Positions 18,510 to 28,033 of a stretch of DNA of 64,000 nucleotides are shown piece after piece; position 1 is the first letter of the stretch, and each line of letters opens with the position of its first letter. The translations under genes and the position numbers were made by a program. Source of the DNA: an uncultured Candidatus Saccharibacteria bacterium (GTDB lineage Bacteria > Patescibacteriota > Saccharimonadia > Saccharimonadales > AWTP1-31). The notes under the pieces were generated by a model. That model worked only from the letters and a program-made list of their open reading frames with translations, was not told the DNA's origin and did not search any database. The DNA is taken from positions 68-64,067 of the forward strand of contig CAZTPC010000003.1 of assembly GCA_964615565.1 (NCBI GenBank), written 5' to 3'.

Positions 18510-19364
18510 ATTATCAAGAACCTACGTATCGGCTCAAACACAGTTGCATATATAGAAGCCGGCTCTGGTAAGCCAATGCTATTTTTACACAACGGCGGAA
18601 GCGGTCATTGGGTTTGGCAGCACCAGGTACAACACTTTGCCAAGGACTACCATGTTTTCGCTTTTGACATGCTGGGCTGTGGAGCATCGGATCGCCCAAA
18701 TACAACCTATGATCTCGATTTTTATGCTCAGATGACAAATGACATCATGAAAAAACTCAATCTTCAGAACGTTATCTTAGTCGGTAACTGCGTAGGTGCT
18801 GCAGCATCGCTTGAGTACGCATCGCTAGATTCGTCTCGCGTTAAAGCGCTGATTCTATTTAATCTCTGTGGCGGCCACGATATGATGTCGCCACTGGTTC
18901 GCTGGGTGAGCACTCCAATGCCAAAGCCCTTGCAACATGTTCAGAAAAAGGCGCTCAAAGTATTTCGACGCATACCTGGTATGGTTGCGTCTGCTGTTCG
19001 TACGAATTTTGCAGGCAAGCCCAACCCTAAGGATCCTGTATTTATAGCTGAAACGATAGAGGCCAACAACCCAAAACAGTCCGATTCGCGACTTAACCTA
19101 ATGAACGGATTATCGTCATTCAATAAGTTTAGTAGTAAGTTTGTTAGGCCTGAATCACTACCTCCTGTGTTAGTGTTTTGGGGTCAAGAGAACCGCGTCC
19201 TGCCTGTTTCTAAAGGGCTACGATTTTGTGAACGCCTTCAGCCCACAAAAACGCATACTATTAATGGCGCCGGCCATTTACTTATGGCAGAACAACCATC
19301 TTTAGTGAACGCTTATATCGAGACGTTCCTAAACGATTTAGTGATACAGCCAATTAATTCTTGA
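18510..19364 (+). CDS. Alpha/beta hydrolase (start codon uncertain, possibly non-AUG)
   Basis: LFLHNGGSGHWVW, the nucleophile elbow VGNCVGA and a C-terminal GAGHLLMAEQP are present. The conserved N-terminal strand (IGSNTVAYIEAGSGKP) lies upstream of the first ATG at 18576, in the same open frame. Confidence 0.7.
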   Translation: MIKNLRIGSNTVAYIEAGSGKPMLFLHNGGSGHWVWQHQVQHFAKDYHVFAFDMLGCGASDRPNTTYDLDFYAQMTNDIMKKLNLQNVILVGNCVGAAASLEYASLDSSRVKALILFNLCGGHDMMSPLVRWVSTPMPKPLQHVQKKALKVFRRIPGMVASAVRTNFAGKPNPKDPVFIAETIEANNPKQSDSRLNLMNGLSSFNKFSSKFVRPESLPPVLVFWGQENRVLPVSKGLRFCERLQPTKTHTINGAGHLLMAEQPSLVNAYIETFLNDLVIQPINS

Positions 19365-21000
19365 TTAGATGTCGCTTAACCTTAAGGGTTGAGGTCCTGA
19401 CAAAGTCATCATCTCTGATGTCCACTACTTGTATCTGTTCGTAGTCGGCCAGCTGCTGATTGACATGCTCCACATGGTCATTGGCTTGTCTGCTTAGTTT
19501 GACCCTCCGTACCTTACTGTTTGTATCTGCCAGTACAATGCTAGCGCAGACCTGAGGTCCACGCTTGGATGCAATGGTATGTACTACGACATCTCGAATT
19601 GATGAATGGCTGACTAGCAGTGCCTCGACCTCTTCTGGATATATCTTCTTACCATTGCTTGCCACGATCATATTTTTAAGACGACCAACAATCTTAAGAC
19701 TGCCGTTTGGCTTGATGTATCCGAGATCGCCAGTGGCAAAACTTCCGTTGTTTAGTACTCGCCTAGTAGCTGCCGCATCCTTATAGTACCCAAGCATTAC
19801 CTGGGGACCTTTAATAATCACCTCTCCCACGCCGTCTTCGCCCTTCTGGGCAATAGTAATGGTAGTTCCGGCAATAGGTGGACCTACCGAGTCAATGTCG
19901 TTATTGCCAAAATATGTGAGGGCAACAGCTGGCGAGCACTCGGTTAGACCATACCCCTGGAACAAACCAAATCCTAACCCGAGCATTTCGTTGGCGATTT
20001 TCTCGTTGAGTGGAGCCGCGCCGCTAAGGAATATTCTAACCCTGCCACCAAGTTCGTCGTGAATTGCTGCAAATAATCGCCTCCTTAGGGTGATGCTATG
20101 CTTGCCTAGTACACTCGTGGCAGTGACTAATAGCCGAACAGTGCGCTCTTTATTTTTAGCCCTGATACCTTTCCAAATCTTGGCGTGCAATGAATCAATA
20201 ACCCTGGGCACACAGACGACAACTGTAGGCCTGACCGACTTGAACTCATCAGCAACATAACGGATACCCCGACTAAAGTGAATTGTACTACCAGAGTAAA
20301 GCGGTGCGAGGAATCCAGCATTACATTCAAACATATGATGCATGGGTAGAATCGAAAGAAATACGTCTTGGGAATTGATACCGAATGGCCGAACACCTCG
20401 CTGCATATCTAACATGATCGATCGTTGTGACAACATCACAATCTTAGATCTCGATGTAGTCCCAGATGTAAACAGCAGCGCAGCACACTGGTTTGGATTA
20501 ATCTTGATCGTACGAGGTTTCTTGCTGCCTTGTCTAATAATATTAGAGCCGTCCGTAAGGTATGCTGCAAGAGTAGTGGCACCAGAACGACTACTCATAG
20601 ATATACATGTTGTTTTGCTACTTTTTCGTTTAGCTGATGTCACTTTGGTTTTAACATCGCTAGAGTAGAACAAGATATCTAAATTGACCCTCTCGATGGA
20701 ATCAGCTAGTTCTTTGGGGGTGAGTTCTTTGTCTAGCGGCACAACAGTTCCACCTCCGCACATAACCGCAAAGTACACAACCGCCCACTGATAGGAGTTC
20801 TTACCCATGATGCCGACTTTATGAACGATTCTTGAGCGTCCCATTAATCGTGCAGTAAGCGCAGCGACATCGCTTGCAAACTGAGCATAGGTAATCTCTG
20901 CGATGTCACCGTTGTTATCTGGTTGCCGGAATGCAACCCTGTCGCCGTACAGTTTTGCGCTACGACGTAATAGCGAAGGGATTGTTGTTAGTTCGGCCAT
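19354..21000 (-). CDS. Long-chain acyl-CoA (or acyl-ACP) synthetase, ANL superfamily
   Basis: LLFTSGTTSRSK (A3), GYGLTEC (A5) and FATGDLGY...GRLKNMIV..NGKKIYPEEVE (A7-A8) are present. Confidence 0.85.
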   Translation of the reverse strand: MAELTTIPSLLRRSAKLYGDRVAFRQPDNNGDIAEITYAQFASDVAALTARLMGRSRIVHKVGIMGKNSYQWAVVYFAVMCGGGTVVPLDKELTPKELADSIERVNLDILFYSSDVKTKVTSAKRKSSKTTCISMSSRSGATTLAAYLTDGSNIIRQGSKKPRTIKINPNQCAALLFTSGTTSRSKIVMLSQRSIMLDMQRGVRPFGINSQDVFLSILPMHHMFECNAGFLAPLYSGSTIHFSRGIRYVADEFKSVRPTVVVCVPRVIDSLHAKIWKGIRAKNKERTVRLLVTATSVLGKHSITLRRRLFAAIHDELGGRVRIFLSGAAPLNEKIANEMLGLGFGLFQGYGLTECSPAVALTYFGNNDIDSVGPPIAGTTITIAQKGEDGVGEVIIKGPQVMLGYYKDAAATRRVLNNGSFATGDLGYIKPNGSLKIVGRLKNMIVASNGKKIYPEEVEALLVSHSSIRDVVVHTIASKRGPQVCASIVLADTNSKVRRVKLSRQANDHVEHVNQQLADYEQIQVVDIRDDDFVRTSTLKVKRHLIKN

Positions 21001-22220
21001 TTCTTGAACACCAGACATGCATTATGCCCACCAAAACCAAACGAATTACTCATGACCAAATCTAACTCTTTCTTAATACCAGTATTTGTTACAACGTTAA
21101 CCAAACACATCGGGTCGACATTTGTAACATTGATAGTTGCTGGTACAAAACCATTCTGGAGAGACAGCACTGAAGCGATTGCCTCAACTGCACCGCCTGC
21201 ACCAAGCAAATGACCGGTCATTGATTTTGTTGAAGAGACTAACACCGGCGAATCACTGCCAAATACCCGTGTAATTGCCTTCGACTCGGTTGCATCGTTA
21301 AGGACAGTTGCTGTTCCGTGTGCGTTAATATACCCAACCTTATCAGCACTAACCCCAGCATCGTCCAGAGCTAATTGCATAGCTTGTCCGATTGTCACTC
21401 CTTCTTGCTCGGGAGTAGTAATACTGTAAGCGTCGCAGTTAGTCCCGTAGCCAACTACCTCGGCCAGGATCTGTGCACCCCTTGCTGTGGCATGCACTAG
21501 ATCCTCGAGAATCACAATGCCCGCACCCTCACCCATAACCGTTCCACTTCGTTCAGTATCGAACGGTATACATGCACGCTCTGGGCCGTCACCTGTGTAC
21601 ATAGCACGCATTGCCGCAAACCCTGAGAGCGTCAAGGGAGTAATTGCTGCCTCGGCAGCACCAGCAATAATGACATCTTGATCGCCACGCTGTATTGCCT
21701 TGAAGGCCTCACCTATCGAGTTTGACCCGCTGGCACATGCGGTGACGATAGCCAGGTTTGGACCCTTTGCTTGGAAGTCGATGGCAATAGCTCCTGAAGC
21801 CAGGTTAACTAGCGTGTTTGGGATTAAATACGGCGAAACACGGGACGGCGCATTCCGATCAAAAGAGTCGTAACTTTCTTCTAGTGCCTCAATCCCGCCA
21901 ATACTCGTGGAAACATATACACCAAACCTACTTGGAACTACATCGTCTTTCTGCAAACCACTGTTCTTGTATGCTTGTTTAGCAGCGATACGAGCAAACT
22001 GCATAAACCTAGAATTGTACCTGGCATCGTGTTTACCCAGGAATTCTACTGGGTCGAGATCACGCACTTCGGCAGCAATCTTTACTGGACAATTTGTAGT
22101 ATCGAATGATGTGACATGACTAATACCGCTCTTGCCGGCTTTGAGTCCTTCCCAATAACTTTGCACATCATTACCAATTGGCGTAATGGCACCCATGCCA
22201 GTAATAACAACCCTACGCAT
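20988..22220 (-). CDS. fabF: Beta-ketoacyl-ACP synthase II-type elongating ketosynthase
   Basis: The start is MRRVVITGMGAITPIG. The Cys-His-His triad is visible as ACASGSNSIG, NAHGTAT and GHLLGAGG. It ends SFGFGGHNACLVF. Confidence 0.9.
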   Translation of the reverse strand: MRRVVITGMGAITPIGNDVQSYWEGLKAGKSGISHVTSFDTTNCPVKIAAEVRDLDPVEFLGKHDARYNSRFMQFARIAAKQAYKNSGLQKDDVVPSRFGVYVSTSIGGIEALEESYDSFDRNAPSRVSPYLIPNTLVNLASGAIAIDFQAKGPNLAIVTACASGSNSIGEAFKAIQRGDQDVIIAGAAEAAITPLTLSGFAAMRAMYTGDGPERACIPFDTERSGTVMGEGAGIVILEDLVHATARGAQILAEVVGYGTNCDAYSITTPEQEGVTIGQAMQLALDDAGVSADKVGYINAHGTATVLNDATESKAITRVFGSDSPVLVSSTKSMTGHLLGAGGAVEAIASVLSLQNGFVPATINVTNVDPMCLVNVVTNTGIKKELDLVMSNSFGFGGHNACLVFKKWPN

Positions 22221-23184
22221 TAGCTGCCTCAATCTTTTGTAGCATTGTGGCGATATCATCGTATTTCTCAACTACATGCGTCTCAGCCCGTAAACCTAAT
22301 GCCTTGGCATTCTCTCGGGCATAAGCTGCAAGCGAGACTCCAGGTCCAATTGCGATAAAACGCGTTATTCCATCTCTGCACATATTTTCGATTGTCTTCT
22401 GTAACTGAACTGGACGATAGAACTGCGCAACCTCAATATCACCAATGCCTGTATGCCCGGTCTCGCCATCGACGTTATAGTATACCGGCAATTCTGGCGC
22501 TTTAAATACAAAGTTTTGCTTCTCGATCTCTGAAGCAAATAACTCGGCAGCAGGCCTAGCCAAGCTAGAGTGGAAGGCCCTGGAGGTCCCAAGTTTGACT
22601 GCCTGCACCCTTTTTCTCGCCGCACATTGCTCTATAACAGAATTTACTGCCTTGTTGTCTCCAGTGACTACAAGGCGTGTATCAGTAGAATATGTGGCTA
22701 TCTGGCAGGCACCATACTGCTGGGCTTCACTGCAAATACTCTCTAAGGCTTCGGCATCCAGCCCAATGATAGATGCCATGCCCGAACCATCTGGAATAGC
22801 CTCAGCCATAATCCTACCTCGACTGGCCATAAGTGTGACACCAGATTGCACATCGAATGATCCTGCATAGCAAAGCGCTGCATACTCACCCAGGCTTAGA
22901 CCAGCAACGGCATCGGCATGGATCCCGGCGCCCTCTAACGCCAGCGATACGGCCATGGAAGCCAAAAATAAGCTAGCTTGAACGTAACGCGTATCCGTTA
23001 GCTGCTCGCTACCTTCAAGACATAAAGTCCTGAGCGACATGCCATCATCAAACCGGAAATCAATCGAGTCCACAAGCTCTCGCACAGATTGATCGTTATC
23101 ATAAAATGTCCGGAATGCTTCCGGGTCCAATGGCAAGCCCTGCCCAGGGAAAAGGATGGCAGTTTTTGCTTCACTCGCGCTCAT
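22213..23184 (-). CDS. fabD: Malonyl-CoA:ACP transacylase
   Basis: The N-terminal ILFPGQG, the active-site GLSLGEYAAL and the SRAFHS motif are present. Confidence 0.85.
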   Translation of the reverse strand: MSASEAKTAILFPGQGLPLDPEAFRTFYDNDQSVRELVDSIDFRFDDGMSLRTLCLEGSEQLTDTRYVQASLFLASMAVSLALEGAGIHADAVAGLSLGEYAALCYAGSFDVQSGVTLMASRGRIMAEAIPDGSGMASIIGLDAEALESICSEAQQYGACQIATYSTDTRLVVTGDNKAVNSVIEQCAARKRVQAVKLGTSRAFHSSLARPAAELFASEIEKQNFVFKAPELPVYYNVDGETGHTGIGDIEVAQFYRPVQLQKTIENMCRDGITRFIAIGPGVSLAAYARENAKALGLRAETHVVEKYDDIATMLQKIEAANA

Positions 23185-23185
23185 G

Positions 23186-23425
23186 TTACTTGGAAGATAC
23201 TGCTTTTTTGGATTCGAGGAGACTTACAATGTCACCAACGGTTTTTAAGTCGGCAAGCTCTTCGTCAGATATTTTGACATCGAACTTTCCTTCTATTTCG
23301 AATGACAAATTAACCGCTGCCATACTGTCAATATGAAGATCATTGCGTAGATTCGCCTCGGGAGTCACTTCTTCTTTATCTACATCAAACTCTTCGCTAA
23401 TGATATCTTGAATTTCATCAAGCAT
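23186..23425 (-). CDS. Acyl carrier protein (dedicated)
   Basis: 79 aa and acidic, with a DSMAAV phosphopantetheine-attachment serine motif. Confidence 0.85.
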   Translation of the reverse strand: MLDEIQDIISEEFDVDKEEVTPEANLRNDLHIDSMAAVNLSFEIEGKFDVKISDEELADLKTVGDIVSLLESKKAVSSK

Positions 23426-23429
23426 GCTC

Positions 23430-24368
23430 TTACACCTCCATCACAAGAATATTTGCTGTTAATCCTGCTGCCGTCCCACACAGTAGCACTCTGTTTCCTG
23501 AAGTAATTATACCATTCTCAAGAAGTTTGCAGAGTACAAACGGAACAGAAACCGAAACCATGTTGCCATATTCTTTTACCCAGTTAATATAGCTGCCTTC
23601 AGGCGCGCCCATTTTGCTCATTATCATGTTGAGAACTCGACTAGCCTGATGAGGGATGATAACGTCCACATCCTTCATTCCTATACCAAACTCATTAGAA
23701 AAGTCTTTGACCATAGCCGGTAACCGCTGTGCTGCGATACGCAAAACTGCTCGACCATTCATATCGAACATATAGTCTTCTTTATTCTCTTCTGTGTAGA
23801 ACTGTGGTCTCAGCCCAGTTAGCCCACCTCGTATTTCTGTAGTATGCACACCTTCAGACCAGGTACGCTGCATACTTGCTATAACTCCTTGATTTTCATT
23901 ATCTGAAGAAGAAAGCACTATTGCAGCCGCCCCATCCGAAAAGAGTTCGTAGCTTTCTTTTTGCTTTGGGTTAAGGCCAAGTGATCCTACCTCACTTGAT
24001 ACGATTAGTACCTTCTTGTAACGGCCAGCATCTATCAGGTAGGAGGTCAGATCGACTGCAGTCAAAAAACTGGTACAAGTAGTATTAATGTCTAGAGCCG
24101 GTATCTCGGTGCCCTTTGCAATTTGCTCGTGAATCAAAGCTGCAGTGCATGGTAAGGGCTGAATCCCTACAGCACTAGCCGAAACAATACAATCGATATC
24201 AGTGATATCTAGACCGGCAACCTGCAAAGCATCCTTACAAGCAGCAACTGCCATAGAAAGCTGTGTTTCGTCGCCTGTCACCCGGTAGCGTGTGCCACCG
24301 TCGAATTGCACTGGATGAGAAGGAAGATACGTTCCCCAGCCTGTAATCTTACAGTTACGAACTTTCAC
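23430..24368 (-). CDS. KASIII (FabH-family) ketosynthase
   Basis: The Cys (NTTCTSFLTA), His (IPHQAS) and Asn (YGNMVSVSVP) triad is present. The 312-aa size fits the family. Confidence 0.85.
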   Translation of the reverse strand: MKVRNCKITGWGTYLPSHPVQFDGGTRYRVTGDETQLSMAVAACKDALQVAGLDITDIDCIVSASAVGIQPLPCTAALIHEQIAKGTEIPALDINTTCTSFLTAVDLTSYLIDAGRYKKVLIVSSEVGSLGLNPKQKESYELFSDGAAAIVLSSSDNENQGVIASMQRTWSEGVHTTEIRGGLTGLRPQFYTEENKEDYMFDMNGRAVLRIAAQRLPAMVKDFSNEFGIGMKDVDVIIPHQASRVLNMIMSKMGAPEGSYINWVKEYGNMVSVSVPFVLCKLLENGIITSGNRVLLCGTAAGLTANILVMEV

Positions 24369-25656
24369 TAAACTGCCTTTCTATACGTTTTAACTTACGT
24401 TTCATATCTAATGAATATGTTTCAAATGTAATGCGTGGCGATACAAATGACATCTTCTTGGCGAGATTCGCAAACTCGGCTGCGATAGCTTGTCGTACTG
24501 TCGCAGCTTGGGTATCAATCTGAACTACGATCGTATCGTGCGATGTTTGAGTCACCCTGTACTCTCCTATACCTTTAGTATATATCACACATCGGGCAAT
24601 AATATCTGGGAAGACCTTAATAGTCCGTCCGGCTTTATCCTTAAATAAGAAGATGTCATCTTCGCGGCCTTCGATTCGATCAATTACTGTGGTAGTCATA
24701 CCACAGGAACACTTCTTCTTGGACAGAACAAGGATATCGTTGAGCCTGTACCGAACAATAGGCTGTGTCTTCCGCCGAAAGTCTGTGATAATCGGTACGA
24801 ACCGACGGTCGTCGATAAACTCTTTCTCAATATAGACAATATCTTCATTCAAGTGCAGCGATCCCTCATGACAGGTGTGTGCCAGGAATCCTTCAGTACA
24901 CTGGTATGCCTGGTAGATGTACTTCTGACGAAAAACTCTCTTGAATCGTTTCTCGTCGCCAACCGATAATACCTCTGCTACCGATATAACCTTCTGAGCA
25001 TGCAAGGATATAACTTTCTGTTCTACTGCATTTGCAATCAGCCCCAGAACAGACGGCGGAGCAATAAGTACTGTTGGTTCGTATTGCTCGAGTTCGCTAA
25101 TGAGCTTTGTCATATCCTTATACATATCAAAATACCTAAAGGTGATGAACCGTGAATTAACAGATTCGTACAAGTTGTTGTTTGCCCGCAGGAAGAAGGC
25201 TACTCTATGACCGCTTATACTACCCTTTGGTAGAAACTTTGCCAGTACGGCTCCCGCCCAGGAAGCTCGCTCGTAATCACTCGCTACAAACAATCCTCGG
25301 TGGCCACTGGTACCTGACGAAAGTCCAACTGAAACGCCATTATAGGTAGGTGTAAAGTTACGAGTTCGTTCACTTTTAATTGCAATCGCCAGTGCCTTAT
25401 CGCGTTTTAGGCCGCGAGTATTCATAGTATTAAAGCTAGCCAGCGAAGCAGCCTTATCCATTATTGGTAAGTCCTGAAGGTCACCAATACCCCGAATAAG
25501 CTGACGTTTTGCAAAGTACGGTGAATGTGTATGCAAATATGCAAAGTGTCTGCGGATCATTCTAGATTGCAACCGCTCTACGGATTTTCTAGTTCGCAAC
25601 TTCTGTAGCCAACGTGTCTGGACAAAGTACCAAAGAGTTATTAGTTTTTCTTTCAC
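24355..25656 (-). CDS. PaaK / coenzyme-F390-synthetase-related adenylate-forming enzyme
   Basis: 433 aa. It carries an SSGTSGHRG P-loop, YQCTEG and VRYRLNDIL, plus a C-terminal subdomain as in phenylacetate-CoA ligase-like enzymes. Confidence 0.7.
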   Translation of the reverse strand: MKEKLITLWYFVQTRWLQKLRTRKSVERLQSRMIRRHFAYLHTHSPYFAKRQLIRGIGDLQDLPIMDKAASLASFNTMNTRGLKRDKALAIAIKSERTRNFTPTYNGVSVGLSSGTSGHRGLFVASDYERASWAGAVLAKFLPKGSISGHRVAFFLRANNNLYESVNSRFITFRYFDMYKDMTKLISELEQYEPTVLIAPPSVLGLIANAVEQKVISLHAQKVISVAEVLSVGDEKRFKRVFRQKYIYQAYQCTEGFLAHTCHEGSLHLNEDIVYIEKEFIDDRRFVPIITDFRRKTQPIVRYRLNDILVLSKKKCSCGMTTTVIDRIEGREDDIFLFKDKAGRTIKVFPDIIARCVIYTKGIGEYRVTQTSHDTIVVQIDTQAATVRQAIAAEFANLAKKMSFVSPRITFETYSLDMKRKLKRIERQFSESS

Positions 25657-26456
25657 AACAGCTGCCTTTTCCTGTAAGTGTCGTGACTAAAGCAAACAGC
25701 AACCCCTTTGGTTTGTAGCTTCTGTAGTGCAACTACAGTTTGTTTGTAATGGCTGTAATCGTGTTGTACTTGCTTAGCCACAAAGCGAAGATTATGTGAG
25801 TGCTCTAGTAAATCTTGGCCCCAGCTTGCATCTCCCGCCAACAGCATCTTGCCAGGGATGTAGGCGCCTAGATGGCCTTTGGTGTGACCTGGCAGGCCTA
25901 CTACAAATAGACTCTTGTCTCCAAAGAGGTCGAAACCGCGTAATCCATCGGTTCGCACTTTCATATCGGTATCTTTTATGACCATAAACTGCTGCTCAAC
26001 GTTTTTAGGCAGTAATCCCTTTAATAGTAGATCTTTAGTTCGAGGTTTTTGAAAGGTATCGTATGTATCCTTACCTATAATTACCTTAGCTTTCGGAAAG
26101 AACTTGACCCCGCCAATATGGTCTGGATGCATGTGTGACAAGATCACATACCGTATATCGGCAAGCTTGATGCCATCTTTCCGAAGCTGTGAGGCAATTT
26201 CGTCGCTCCTCTGCACGAACGTCGGGTTGAACCTACAGTAGACCTTACCAATTATGCCCTGCCTGTAGATATCAGTTGAGTATCCGGTATCAAATAATAC
26301 GTAACCAAACCTTGGGTGCAGAATCAAAAAGACACCGGATGGGAATGTTCTTCTTTCCTTGGGATGGTCTCGGTAGACATGAGACAGCTGGTTTACGCAG
26401 TGACCACATCGATAATACGTTACGGTCAGCGGGTTAGAGTTTGTTTGCTGCGACAT
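25653..26456 (-). CDS. MBL-fold metallo-hydrolase
   Basis: LSHMHPDHIGG (HxHxDH) is present, with downstream GHTKGH and a D/H ligand. Confidence 0.8.
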   Translation of the reverse strand: MSQQTNSNPLTVTYYRCGHCVNQLSHVYRDHPKERRTFPSGVFLILHPRFGYVLFDTGYSTDIYRQGIIGKVYCRFNPTFVQRSDEIASQLRKDGIKLADIRYVILSHMHPDHIGGVKFFPKAKVIIGKDTYDTFQKPRTKDLLLKGLLPKNVEQQFMVIKDTDMKVRTDGLRGFDLFGDKSLFVVGLPGHTKGHLGAYIPGKMLLAGDASWGQDLLEHSHNLRFVAKQVQHDYSHYKQTVVALQKLQTKGVAVCFSHDTYRKRQLL

Positions 26457-27405
26457 ATTGGTGTATCCCCGTATCTAAACTCACTTTTGGTACATAACCT
26501 AAATCGCGCTTAGCCCTGGAAATGTCTAGTGTCTGAGAGTACCCAAGCGTGCAAACAGTGTAGCGTGTGATAGGTGGTTCTTTCGTAATCCTAAGAAGCC
26601 GGTAAATCAATTCGATGATAACAGCTACTCTATACACTACATGTACATTGCGATGGCGAAAACGAGGAGTTATACCAAGACCTTCGAACAGCTGCTTGAC
26701 TATCGCTTTAAACGGGCGCGGTTCGCCATTGGTAATGTTGTAGGTCTTGCCCACTGCCCTTGGCGACTCTGCCGCAAGCCTGCAGGCCAACGCAACATTC
26801 TCGACACAAGTAAGATCTACTTTGTTGGTACCGTCACGAAAGAGCGGGATACCAAAAGATGCATTGGCAGCCAACAGGCGTGGCACAATACTGGTATCAC
26901 CGACGCCAATGATACCTCTTGGGCGCAGGATAACAACTTCAATGTCTCTGGCGCAGCCCATGACTACTTGCTCGGCAGCAATCTTGCTACGTATATAGTT
27001 ATTAAGGTTATTCCTTCTATCAACTTCTGGCTCTTTGATCTTGAGTCTGTCCCCGGTTCTAGAGTAAACACTTGGTGACGACACAAAGACTAACCGTTTA
27101 ACGCCAATCGCGCGACAGAAGTCGACGACATGTTGTGTTCCTTGGACATTATCGGCGTAGAAATCTTTCCAGGAGCCCCAGACAGTTGATCGTGCGGCTG
27201 CGTGCACAACAATATCAATCTTGTCAGATACTTTACCCAAATTGGCGAGATCTCCGGCAAACGTCAGTATACCGGCTTTACGAAACTTCGAGAGCTTCTG
27301 TTTATTCCGACCTGCAGCGATAACACGGTAACCTTTTTTCGAAAACTCTTGGACAATATATTCACCCAAGAACCCGGTTGCGCCTGTTACGAGGACAGTC
27401 TTCAT
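26434..27405 (-). CDS. Extended SDR (NAD-dependent epimerase/dehydratase family; thioester-reductase-like)
   Basis: The N-terminal VLVTGATGFLGEY and the catalytic YIRSK (YxxxK) are present. 323 aa. Confidence 0.8.
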   Translation of the reverse strand: MKTVLVTGATGFLGEYIVQEFSKKGYRVIAAGRNKQKLSKFRKAGILTFAGDLANLGKVSDKIDIVVHAAARSTVWGSWKDFYADNVQGTQHVVDFCRAIGVKRLVFVSSPSVYSRTGDRLKIKEPEVDRRNNLNNYIRSKIAAEQVVMGCARDIEVVILRPRGIIGVGDTSIVPRLLAANASFGIPLFRDGTNKVDLTCVENVALACRLAAESPRAVGKTYNITNGEPRPFKAIVKQLFEGLGITPRFRHRNVHVVYRVAVIIELIYRLLRITKEPPITRYTVCTLGYSQTLDISRAKRDLGYVPKVSLDTGIHQYVAANKL

Positions 27406-28001
27406 ACTTGCCCTACAGCAATCTTGGCGTTCTGGTCGCTACAGAATACAGCCAGAGTATAATCGTTATCCTGAATTACTACATTATTAGTCTCTTCCAG
27501 TAGATCAGAGGTAGAGTACCGAGAAAACCCAAGGCCGAGCCCTTCGCCGACTAACTTTGAGTAGGCCTCTTTAATCACCCAGGCTCGGAGTGGATCCGCT
27601 CCTAATCGCATCTCTTGTGTAGTTAGTATCCTACTATGCAACTTTGCAGGGATCACTCTGGTTTGCTCAACATCCAGGCCTACATTTGAACTCGAGACTA
27701 CACAGGCAATGTAATTGCCTGTATGTGCATATGAAAAGAAGTAACCATTTGTACGGTGATACGGTTTCCCTTTTGAAGTGACAAGAATATCGCTTGGGCT
27801 ATACTTCTTATCTGTAAATGTCCAAAGCATCTGTGCCAATAGTGCATAGGCTAATTTTGTCTCCAGACGAACAGTACCATCGTAATGTCTTGGCACGGCA
27901 ACTTTAGGCAGCTCTGCAAGTTCTGTAAGAGTAAGCACACATACATTTGTAAAAACACTTACTTCGGTAGTTGCAGGACTCATTAGGCCATATGGTAACA
28001 C
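27402..28001 (-). CDS. Sfp-type 4'-phosphopantetheinyl transferase
   Basis: GKPY, FSYAHTGNYIACVV, VGLDVE and WVIKEAYSKLVGEG motifs are present. The start is a GTG. Confidence 0.75.
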   Translation of the reverse strand: MLPYGLMSPATTEVSVFTNVCVLTLTELAELPKVAVPRHYDGTVRLETKLAYALLAQMLWTFTDKKYSPSDILVTSKGKPYHRTNGYFFSYAHTGNYIACVVSSSNVGLDVEQTRVIPAKLHSRILTTQEMRLGADPLRAWVIKEAYSKLVGEGLGLGFSRYSTSDLLEETNNVVIQDNDYTLAVFCSDQNAKIAVGQV

Positions 28002-28021
28002 AGTTCTATTAGCGGCTCTTG

Positions 28022-28027
28022 TATAAT
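28022..28027 (+). promoter_or_regulatory. -10 element TATAAT, 6 nt upstream of the ATG at 28034 (leaderless-type)
   Basis: TATAAT-ACGGCC-ATG. It lies only 21 nt from the divergent PPTase start codon. Confidence 0.4.
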
Positions 28028-28033
28028 ACGGCC

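Noticed and set aside
20988-22271. An N-terminal extension of FabF (MRNTMISPQCYKRLRQL) in the ORF track
   Set aside because: The conserved KS N-terminus begins at MRRVVITGMG (start at 22220), which also gives the usual short overlap with fabD. The extension is probably not translated.
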